Source: Octopus vulgaris (taxonomy: Eukaryota). From it: a stretch of DNA of 64,000 bases. How positions within the stretch are numbered: the stretch's first letter is position 1; each line of letters opens with the position of its first letter. A model generated the notes under the pieces. That model was not told where the DNA came from, did not search any database, and saw only the letters and a list, made by a program, of their open reading frames with translations. The stretch is from positions 45,818,001 to 45,882,000 of the forward strand of contig OX597824.1 of assembly GCA_951406725.2 (NCBI GenBank), written 5' to 3'. Both the position numbers and the translations under genes were made by a program. Positions 28,701 through 40,693 of this stretch are shown piece by piece.

Positions 28701-31700
28701 AACAAAGTCCAATATAATTTCATTCTAAAAGTCACCATCTTCTTTTGTAATTTTCATAAAAGTTTCAAATAACCCATGCAATCATCTCAAAATGAAATAC
28801 ATACTAGGTGGGATAATATACTGCTATACAAAATTAGCCATTAAAATAAAATAAAATGGCTTTTCTCATGGTATTTCATGAAAAGGACACTAAGCTACAG
28901 AAGATAGAGAACCACAGCCATATAGTATCCTTCACTAAAAAATTTGGTAGTTATCTTGCCAATAGATCAGACATTTTAAAACTAAGATGTACAATTTCTG
29001 AAACTTTTACTGAAACAATTATTAAGAAGGAAACAATTTTAGCACTACATTTAATTACATTTAACTTATGGTTAAAAAGGAGATATCATTGCTAATAGTA
29101 AGTTCTATTTTATTTTTCAAATAATCTGGATAACAATATAAATTTTACTTCCAATTATTGGGAATAGAGAAAAATTACAAATAATAGCAGGTTCAGAAAC
29201 AAAAAGGTACATCACAATTAACCTTAGAAGTATGTTAAGTAGCTTTAAAAACTTAGTCAGTTTCTACACCCTGTAGTAACTCTATTGCTCTACAACAGTA
29301 AAGAAATAAAATTAAAATTTTTAAATAGGAGTAATTAAGTATAAGATGTTTGCAAAGGAAAGCCTCTAGAAAACAATGATAAACTTGCATTAAGATATAA
29401 ATTTGTGACTCAATAAGCTACATGGTGATAGGCCATTACTATCTACATATCTAATGTTAATATATTGAAAAATATTCTTTCTGTTATTAGCAACTTACTG
29501 TATGTGAGTAGGGGAATAGGAGAAGAGTGAGTTTCTTGCCAACATAACTGGTGTCCACAGCAAAATAGTATTTCAGTTTGGACGTGGAGACATACTTTTC
29601 TAGCTGTAAAAGAGAAGTTATTTTAACATTAAACAATAAAATTTAAATCTGCATGATCATGTCTTTTACTTAAGATAAAACAAAGAATCTATTAAGCAGA
29701 AATATGTGGCCTTTAGCTTAGAATTCATAGCCATGTCTATTTTCATCTGACCTACAGAGATATTTAATATCATGTATTAGATATCAGAACACATTTCCTT
29801 CATAAATATGTTAATAACTATAGGTATTAAACACTCAGTTAATATAACTTCACATATATACCACAAACCCAGTCCCCAAGCCTCTCTTATAATTCTCTCC
29901 ACCATTTGCTAGTTCCCTCTATCCTACCCAGTCCAAACCTCAGTATTCCCACATCTATTCTCACCACTCCCAATGTCCCTCAAGGACAGGTCCCAACACA
30001 TCTTTTCCAACATCTTTCTCACCATTGCTCTCTTTATTTTACTCTGTAACTCACTCTTTCTTTTCAAACTAGGATAATTATGTAGCTACTCTATAGCATG
30101 ATACCTAACTCTGTCCCTCTCTCTATACCTTTAATCTCTCAACTGGCATAAAGTCACCACCCCTCAATCCTTGTCCTCCCTTCCAGTTTAGGAGTTTTTG
30201 CTTTTCAAAGTACTTGGTGATCCTGTTGGTAATGGTGCCACATAAAAAAGCACCAGTGCTTGTGCCATATAAAAAATACCTAGTACACTCTGTAAAGTAG
30301 TTGGCATTAGGAAGGGCATCCAGCTGTACAAAACCATGCCAAAAGACAACTAGAGCTAGGTGCAGCCCTTTGGCTGGCTAGCTCCTGTTAAACCATCCAA
30401 CCCATACCAGCATGAAAAACATGTTAAATGATGATGATGATGATGAAGATATGTATATATAACAGATAATAAAATACAAATACAACAGATAATATTACCA
30501 AACATAACATTGAGCATAAATAAAAATAATCTATAAATGCTATAAATCTTTATGTTGGGTGTTATACTGTCTTCACTATCTCCACGACCTGAGACAGAAG
30601 AAAAATAAATCAAAGATTTCTAATATTGGCCTAAGATCAGAAATGAAGGGGATGTGGTGGTGTTGGGTCAACAGTCCATTAAACTGACTACTACTGCTAC
30701 TACAACTACTTGCATAAAGTTTTAAAATTCTTTTAAATAATGGATCAGAAATTTGTTTCCTGACTTCCCCAACAGATTTAGCAACAGAGATAGATAGTTT
30801 TTCAGTAAAAAATTGTTGTTGTTTAACACTAGGTCCACCCTAATCTAACAAATCCATGACCAAAGCATCAAGCTGTGATCATTCGTTTTTTTCCCTCTAC
30901 CTGCAGGGAACCCAGGACCATATTATCTGTTGTGACCTTTCCTGTAATGGCAAGATCTGAGTTGCTATTTCTAACAGGCCGAGTAGCCACATAGAGGCTA
31001 TCTCATTGCTTCAAAATATAAGAAGTGGTAGTCAGAGTCATGTTAGTGACTGATGATGACTCATGATGCTGGTGGTCAAAGTATCAGTTATGTTAATGAC
31101 TTATGACGAAGATAGTTGTGACAGTAATGTTGATGATGATAACAGTAGTGTTAATGATTAATGAAGATGGTAATGACAGTAATGTTAATGATTGACGATG
31201 GTGGTGGTAATGACAGCACAGTCACTGACTGATGATAGTGAAAGTAATGACAGTAATGTTAATGACTAATGATGATGGAAATGACAGCATTATTATCGAT
31301 TCATCATGATGACGGTGGTAATGATAGCATTGTTATTGACTGAGTAGTGGTTACAGTAACGTTAATGAATAATAATGCTGGTAGTGGTGATGGTGACAAC
31401 AATAGTAATGATAGCAATGGCGACATAATAAAGATATTCCATACATTTTTATGCATGTATTCTTTTCCTTGATCGGCAAGTGAAGACCCATATTGCATTG
31501 CCATAGAGGCCATTGGGTCATTGAGTAGTTGGCCTCCAGGGAAATTGATATGGGGGGGCTGCTGTCCATAGGGGTTTGGCCCAGAGCTGGGTGGGTAACC
31601 TAATAACAAGAAAAAGAGAAAGTTAATAAATACAATATAAGGAAAAAAGTCAGTGGAGCTTTCTATGTTTTTACTTGTTTCAGACATTAGACTAAGGCCA

Positions 31701-31910
31701 TGCTGGGGCACCACCATGAATGGTTTTAGTTGAATTAATTGACTCCAGTACTTATTCTATTGGTCTCTTTTGCCAAAGAGACCAATAGAATATTGATTTG
31801 TTTACATTAGAGATGTAAACAAACCAACACTGGTTATCAAGTGATGATGGGGAACAAATACAAATACAGATACACACACAGATGCATATAACATAAATGT
31901 GTGTGTGTGT

Positions 31911-31944
<34 letters not shown>

Positions 31945-34900
31945 CATGCTTCCTTAAGTTTCTGTCTACCAAATCCACTCCCAAGGCTTTGACTGGCCTG
32001 TGGCCCAAGTAGAAAACGCCCAAGCTGCCATGTAGTGAGACTGAGGATTATATATAAATTTGAAACAAGCTGAGAGAAGCAGAAAAACAGGTGTGATGGT
32101 TAAGATTGAGTGGAAGTGCAGTGGAAACTAAGTCCAGAGGAACTGAGTTAAATACGAGGGACGTTCAATAAGTAATGCCTCTGACCCACTTGCAGTTGTT
32201 TGATCTAGCTGAAATTTTGCATGTGCAATCATTTATATCTCTATAGAGTAAGTGGCAAATTACAGCTCTGAAGCGGACGTTAAACGATGATGATGAATTA
32301 ATTGTGGTTTCTGATTTACAGGTGTTTGAACCGAGTCAAGTGTGAAATGGAGCCTGTTGAGTGTCAAGCAGTGATCCGGTTTTTGTATTTGAAAGGACGC
32401 ACACCACGGGAGACTTTTGATGAAATGAAAGTAACTTATGGTGATGATGCCCCATCATATGACCTTGTAAAACGCTGGCATCGTGAATTCAAACACGGTC
32501 GGAACTCTGTGGAAACAGCTCCCAGATCTGGTCGCCCCTTCTGCCATTGATGAGGCATCTGTCCGTCAAGTTGAGGCTGCCATTTTGGAAGATCAACGCA
32601 TAATTATTCGCCAAATAGCCCATGAGGTCAAGATTAGTACCAGGTCTGTGGAAACTATCATTCATGACCATTTGCATATGCAAAAGGTGTCTGCCAGATG
32701 GATTCCCAGGTTGCTCACGCCTTTCCAGAAGCAAGAACGCGTTGAGTGCTCGAGGGTGAATTTGGAGATGTGCCAAGAAGATGAGTCAAAATTTTTCAAA
32801 AGACTGATTACACAGGATGAAACGTGGGTCCATCACGATGATCCAGAGACCAAAGCCCAGTCAATGCAGTGGAAGCACCGTGACTCACCCCTCCAAAGAA
32901 GGCAAGGGTGCAGCCCTCCACTGGCAAGGTCATGCTCACAGTCTTCTGGGACCAGGACGGAGTAGTGATGATAGATTTCCTGGCAAAGGGTACCACAATT
33001 GCAGGAGCCTATTATGCTTCACTTTCGAGGAAATTAAGAGAAGTTATCAAAATCAAGAGGCGGGGCAAGATCAGCAAAGGCATCCTCCTCCTGCAGGACA
33101 ACGCTCCGGTCCACAACTCGCATGTCGCCAGATCAGAAGCACAGGCGTATGGCTATGAACTCCTCCCCCATCCCCCTACTTTCCTGACCTTGCACCCTCT
33201 GATTTTCACCTCTTCCCACTCATGAAGTTGTTTTTGAAAGGAAAGCGTTTCCCAGATGATGCAGCCTTGATTTCTGAAGTCACGTCAGGTTGGAGGACCA
33301 AGCTGGGGTCTTCTACAAAAAAAGGTCTCCAGAGCTGCATCAAGCAATGGGAGAAATGCGTAACTCTGGGTGGTTCATATGTAGAAAAAGACTAATAACT
33401 GTGCCAAGTTTCGTTGCTCTACTGCTATGGGAAGTGGGTCAGGGGCATTACTTATTGAACGCCCCTCGTATAATCACAGAAAAGGACCTCCTAATAATGG
33501 TTAAAGAACTGAGAACTTTAAAGTATGGAAGGTTTTAAAGCTCTTGTTGAATCATAGGAAGTGTGACATCACTTGCATAAAAGCAGTACTTTGAAAGGAT
33601 ATATGTAAGTTGTATGTATCTGTGTATGTCTTCCAACACCGCTTGATAACCGGTGCTGGTTTGTTTACGTCTCTTTAACTTAGCAGTTCGACAAATGAAA
33701 CCAACAAAATAAGTAATGGGATTTATTTGTTCAACAAAAACCATTCAAGGTGGTGCCTCAGCATGGCCACAGTCTATAGAGCTAATAGTTTATCCAAGTT
33801 GAAATGAAGGTTTTTGATTTAGGCGAAAGACCAGCAATGTTTGAGGGGTGGGGTTAGTTGATACCTTCGACACCAGTACTAGACTGGTACTTTTATCTCT
33901 CCAGGAGGGATAAATAGTCAAAGTTGGCCTCAGTAGTATTTGAACTCGGAGCGTGAAGAGCCGTAACAAATACCACAAGGTATTTAGCCTGATGTTCTGA
34001 CGATTCTGTTAATTTAAGGCTCTTTATCTAAGTTGAAATATTTCTGCTTTGCAGAAACGAGCGATGTAAACAAATATAAGGGAGATAATTCTTGGCATTT
34101 TAACAAAGATTATCTTTTTTTTTTTTTGAAAAAAGAATTAAAACTTAAAATAAACATCTACAATGAAAATTATGATAATGAATCTTTTCTTTCCTCAACA
34201 TTTTCCCTACAGTGATGGGGAAAACACAACAGATTAAACAATTCTAAAAGAAAATTCATGAAGAAACAGACTTACATAGGAGAGACAGGCATGCTACTTA
34301 ATTTTATAACGTTAACATTTATGATACTTATATATTTTTTATTGTAATTATCATTGTCTGTATTATTATCTTTTATTTTTGTTACCTTCATTTGGGTAGC
34401 CATAAGGAGGTTGTTGGTTACTTGTGTCTTCGAACAGCGGAGGTCTGGACGGGGCATTCCGGTTGTTTCGTTTCTTCTGCGTTGCAGCTGCAAGGGAAAT
34501 AACTCCAGTGACTATTCCTTATAATACTTAAAATGGCCGTTATTCATGCTTATTTATAACTGTATTAGTATAACAAAACCTCTACCATTGTAGTAGCGTA
34601 TAAAACGCACGCGCACACAATATATGAATCAAATATGGGTAAAAAAAAATACAATGTTCTACCAAATTTTATCTTCTTGGAAAGAAATCTGATAACTATA
34701 CTCTATATAAAAATGATTAATAATTTGGCTACTTACGATCTTGTAACCTGACAAGAGTGATGTCATGGATCAATAACGCGTCTCTTAATGTTTATACAAT
34801 ACCACCGGAACAGAATAATAATTTTGCTCGTTATAAAATCACATTTCTAAACTAAGAGATTAGTTACACTATATGAGAACAAAATATTGTTGCAAATACA

Positions 34901-35345
34901 AATATTTCAGAGTTAACACCCCTAAGGGAAACCTACAGATCTACTGATGTATTGAGTGCAATTACATAGATGGTTCTCCATTGGTTTCAGTCTAGTTAGA
35001 GCCCTGCATTTCCTCTCTGACAGACAGTTTATATATCAGTCAACATCCAGAATAAGATGACGTTAGTATGGGTTTAAGAATTACAGTATGAGAAATATTA
35101 CAAATCATATTATGGAGTACATGAATCTGTCTATTTAAGGAAATATTTCAAAACTTACTTCTGAGAAATATGAAAATCTAACTAGACTGCTCACAGCTAC
35201 AACTTAGGTGAGTTCTGTTCAGCTTTGATACAGTTCTCATCAGGATTTAGAATGTTGAAATTGTTTCAGAGCAAAGCTAGAAATATTCCCTTATATAAAA
35301 TGAATTTACTCAGATACCCAATAGTGTTGTATACACACACATCAC

Positions 35346-35405
<60 letters not shown>

Positions 35406-38400
35406 AAAGGAAATAGAGAAATACAATTGACATATTAAAAATCTATTAACATTATAATACAATTATACTATAAAAAAGATATAATATGATATAATAAATA
35501 ATTAAAACAAATATATATCCTACAATTTGTTTCATCTCATATTCACTAGTGAATTTATAAAATTTCTTATGATAAATATGTCTAAAAAATAGACAAAAAT
35601 TCCATGCAAGGACTGCTAAATCATAAAATCTATTTTATGGAATGGGAGAGAATCTTTGGCAGCCTGGTAAATCTGCAGTCACCACCCAATAGCCGTTCCA
35701 CTTTTCATTGCTCACAGAAAGTTCCTTCCTCTGGACACAGATCTGCTGTCCTGAGCGCATGAAGGTAATGAAATCTCTGGTTGGTTCTTTCAATGATTTT
35801 TTTTCCCACTGTTGATGAGAGCAATTTCGTTCTTTATAGGCTTAAGGACCAGGTTGTGTCTCAATATATATCTATTCAATGCTAGTAAACAATTGGAAAG
35901 AATATGTTTCAGTGTTCCGACCTTTCCATGTTTGCATATATTATTCTCTGAGACACTCCATCTTACTAGATTTGTAGGCGATGGCAAGACATCATAGGAT
36001 GAATGAATCAGAAAACTTAGCCAAGATGTAGTCCATCTCCATATCTCATTCTGATTTATTTTTCTCTCAACATGTTCCTCCCATCTCATCATCTGCTCTT
36101 GTTGAGTGCATTGGATTAAATGAAGCTCTCTTCTCTTTGTTTCCCTTGTTTTGACACTGTTGCTAACAACAGATCTACGTTCGCTCTGCATCATACTTGC
36201 AAATGGTCTGAACCAATCTGCGCCAAAACCAAGTCCCTTCCAATGAATTTGTGTTGCACCAACCATATCTCGGTAAGACAGAGTATCATCAGTTTCTGCT
36301 TCTGCTTTCCACTTCCTGGTCGTTTTTACATTTGGTGGATTACACCTGATTTCTATGTCCTTTAACTTTCTCAGCATCATCACCATTTACCTTCCCTAGT
36401 TTATAAATTTCAACTATTGATGCTAGCGGTAACTGCAATTAGCCTTTTACAATAAAGAGCTGAACTGTTCAACATCCAAGGTAGGCCTAGTTACTTTCTA
36501 GTGAACACATTACATTTTTGTTCAATAATTTGAACTCATGACAGTGCTACCTCATATATTAAAAGTAGCCACAAAAGTTGCAGACACAAGCCAAACTGTA
36601 AGCACCAAATTTTATGTCTACCTGGTAGCTTTGAGTTGTCAGTTACTGTTAATCCAACCTTGGCTTGTTTCATAATTTGCATCCCACGACTCCTACATGA
36701 CAATGTTCCAGCATATACTCACCCCAAGCTCTTGACAGGTTCTTCCTTGACTGTTGGAATGCTTTTTTTTTGGCTATTTGAAACTTTACTTCTCTTTGCA
36801 CTTCCTTATTAAATATCAGACTATGCGACTTTGTTCTGAATCGCATCCTTGACCACTTCACAAGCTCGTCTAGCCTCAAGAGGGCACTCTGCATGATTTG
36901 CTTGTCTGTTGATAGAAGTGTCACGTCATCCATGAAGGCCTTCTTAGGTGATTGTACATGGGCGATTTGTTCCAAAAAGTCCACTGCTTTCAAAATCATC
37001 TCCATGATTAAGATAAACCACGTGACAGATATTGTGCAGCCAGCAGCAATGCCAATCTCCAATCGGTGTCAATCTGTTGTAAAATCTCCAGCTATAAACT
37101 TCATCTCAAAACTGTTATAATATATCCTCATTAATTTTTTTACTTTGTCTGGAACGTGGAAGTATTCCATGGCTCTCATCAGTAATTCGTATGGTACTGA
37201 GGCATATGCATTAGGTAGGTCAAGCCATACCATGTTCAGACTAGTGAATAGGAAAAATTGATGGAAACTCAAATAGACACACACTCATATTTTGGCCATT
37301 TGGCTGAGATCAAAGAGAACTATGTGTGTGTGTGTGTATACACACACACACACAACATTCAATTTAATATTTAACTCTTTTGTTACTGTATTTCTGTTGC
37401 AATGCAGTCTTTGTTTCAAAATATTTTCAATGTAACAAACAATTTATTAAGCTGTCAGTTTTTTGCTGGTGTTTGGAACATAAATTCACATGAAATTCAG
37501 ATGCAAGACTTTAATCAGAATAACTTTAAAACAGGAAGTTTGCTTTATATAAGTAGGGGCAGATTGATGTCAAAAGAAATAAAGAAAGTTTTCTATTTTT
37601 ATTTTTCTATGTATATGTTCAAATAACTTGTGCATTTAATGCTTTACATTCAACTGCAAATACCACTTGGTAGTACTTGAAAAACTCAATTGCCAAATTT
37701 ACATCTTTATAGCAAAGAAATACTTCAGCCCTATGCAACTCTTGATTTCCATCTATGTACAAATATACCTCAATACATAAACTACTGCTCCTGTATCATG
37801 CATTTTAATATGTTTACGCTTCAGTCTGAAGCATGTTAAACTTTCAAAATGTTTTCACATGAATACTTTTGAATACCATATTTTTGTTTAAGTGGAAGAG
37901 TTTGAAATTCATTGATGTATTATTATTTTTCACCTAAATTATTATACAAATATTATATCCAGTGAATGATTTATTTCTTTGGGGCAAATGCTGGATTTAA
38001 AATCACATGAATGTTATGAATAATGAAAGCATGCAGTTAATTTTTTTTTAGTTGCATAAAGCACCATTCGAGCATGGTCAATGCCAGTCCCACCGGACTG
38101 GCTCATATGCCAGTGGCACATAAAAAGCACCATTCATGTGTACCTGATGCCAGTACTGCCTGGCTGGCCCCTGTGCTGGTGGCACGTAAAAAGCACCCAC
38201 TACACTCTCAGAGTGGTTGGTGTTAGGAAGGGCATCTAGCTATAGATACCTTGCAGATAAGATTGGAGCCTAGTGCAGCCTCCTGGCTTGCCAGTCCTCA
38301 GTCAAACTGTCCAACCTACGCCAGCATGGAAAGATGATGTTAAACGAAGATGATAATGATGATTTTCCATTATTTAAAAAAAGTATATTAGAATAGGCTG

Positions 38401-38760
38401 ATATATTGAGAATGTGCTATGAAAAAACAGAAACTGGAAAAAAATTGACTTTTGCAATCTATATTTGATATACATGTGTGTGTGTGTGTGTGTGTGTATG
38501 TATATATATATATTAATAAATTTCAGGGTAGCAAAAAAAATTTAGAAAAATTTCTTTGCTAGCAGTGGTCTAGCGAGAAGAAAAAACTAGTCAATAGACT
38601 ATATATAAAATTACAGTGTACATTTAAACACATAAGAGATGGCCATAACAGGACATTCCCTTTCGAAATTACCCCTAATAATGGTTTGGAGTTTAACTAC
38701 TCCTTCTAGCGAGTCAGATGTCCTGTTATGGCCATCTCTTACATGTTTAAATGTACACTG

Positions 38761-38802
<42 letters not shown>

Positions 38803-40624
38803 TACATACATATACACACACAAATATATATATATATGATGATGATGATGATGATATATATATATATATATACTTACGCATATACATACACACACACACA
38901 CAAATATATATATATATACTTACGCATATACATACACACACACAATATATATATATATATATAGTATCATTATAATATCCCAATGGGCTACATATGCAGT
39001 TGTTACAGTGTTAGATTAAAATGGCAAAACACAGAAAATACTTTTAAGAGCCAATTCATGCTCTATACTTTGTAATGGAAATAGCCAACTAGCTACAAAC
39101 TAAAAATTTTGCAAGCAAATTATTATATATTATATATTTAAGTTGGATTCATAAAATAAAATTTAATAAATAATGAAATTAGAAAATATAGAAATTGACC
39201 CAACTAGGAAATATGTAACTTTTATATGTTTGAAAGAAAAGAAAATTATTACTTTCCTAATTGTGAGATTACCAAAGTTGGCAGTAAAGTTGCTAATCTG
39301 AAGACATAGTAAAGTAGCCAAATAAATTGGCACTGAACACAAGTTATGATAAGAAAATAACTTATGTATAACAATATACAAATATTGCATGCAAGCATGC
39401 AATTAGGCATATCATACAATTGACTGCTAACAAGGCATATTCTTCATGCAGTGTTACACATTGCCAAATAACTGACCTTGCAGACAATCAAATAGTAAAA
39501 CAACTATCAACCAGCTAGTTAACAAACTGATTAACCAGTAAACAAAAAAATCTACTCAGCTTAGTAGATAGTCAACTTAGAATTCAATGTTAAGTTTGTA
39601 AACTATTCAGACATGCTAATATTAAAAGATCATTTTAAGTAATTTATTACCTACAAATAACTTGTAAAGTTGCCATATTTACAAAACATGGATAAATTAG
39701 GCAACTGAGAATCGAAATTGATCAACATCAATGGAAATTGCAGCTGTGATACCAGTGCCGGTGGCACGTAAGAGAACCATCCGAACATGGCCATTGCCAG
39801 CGCCGCCCCAACCGGCCTCGTGCCGGTGGCACATAAAAAGCACTATCCGATCGTGGCCGTTTGCCAGCCTCGTCTGGCACCTGTGCCGGTGCCATGTAAA
39901 AAGCACCCAATACACTCGCGGAGTGGTTGGCATTAAGAAGGGCATCCAGCCGTAGAAACATTGCCAGATCAGACTGGGCCTGGTGCAGCCTTCTGGCTTC
40001 CCAGACCCCAGTTGAACCGTCCAACCCATGCTAGCATGGAAAGCGGATGCTAAACGATGATGATGATTAGCAAATAACTAAACTGGAAAATAACATATAG
40101 AGTGCGTGAAAGCCAGTTTGTTTTTGTCCTTACTATAGCCAACTTAGGTTTACAGGTAGCTTGAAACATACAACTTTGCAAGCAAGCATTTTGGTAGACA
40201 GGTTAGAAATCTAGTAAACAACCAAATTGACAAATTTCCAAACAATGAAGAAACTTTTTGGCAAATAGCTTCACAAATTAACATTCCTTGTCTCAAATTA
40301 AGCAGCCTGATTAATTAAGCAAATTACATAGAACTGGGATGGTAATTGGTATATAATTCTGAAAGTAATCATAAAGCTCAACAAATAAAAATAAATCCTT
40401 GTAATAAATTGTTGCAAGTAACTAATTTATACAAAGTAAAGCAATAATGGTATTGATTAATGTGCCATAAATTTACGAATAGTGTAACTGGTTAAGTCAG
40501 TCATTCAAATAATGTAGTTATAATATGAAAATTGGGACAATACACTGTAGAGAGTGGATAATACCAAAGACAACTTTACCATTTATCAATGCAGAGTTGG
40601 TAAGATTCATCCACACACACAAAC

Positions 40625-40693
<69 letters not shown>

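Noticed and set aside
31304-31717. 137-aa stand-alone ORF
   Set aside because: Only 31445-31599 is coding (YIF1 exon 3). The rest is intron, SINE and minisatellite.
34276-34293. Possible 18-nt cassette exon (ag|catgcctgtctctcctat|gtaagt)
   Set aside because: No polypyrimidine tract at the acceptor. The only support is a good donor.
35160-35290. Plus-strand donor (ag|gtgagt) or minus-strand terminal exon of a second gene
   Set aside because: No coherent ORF or partner exons could be assembled.
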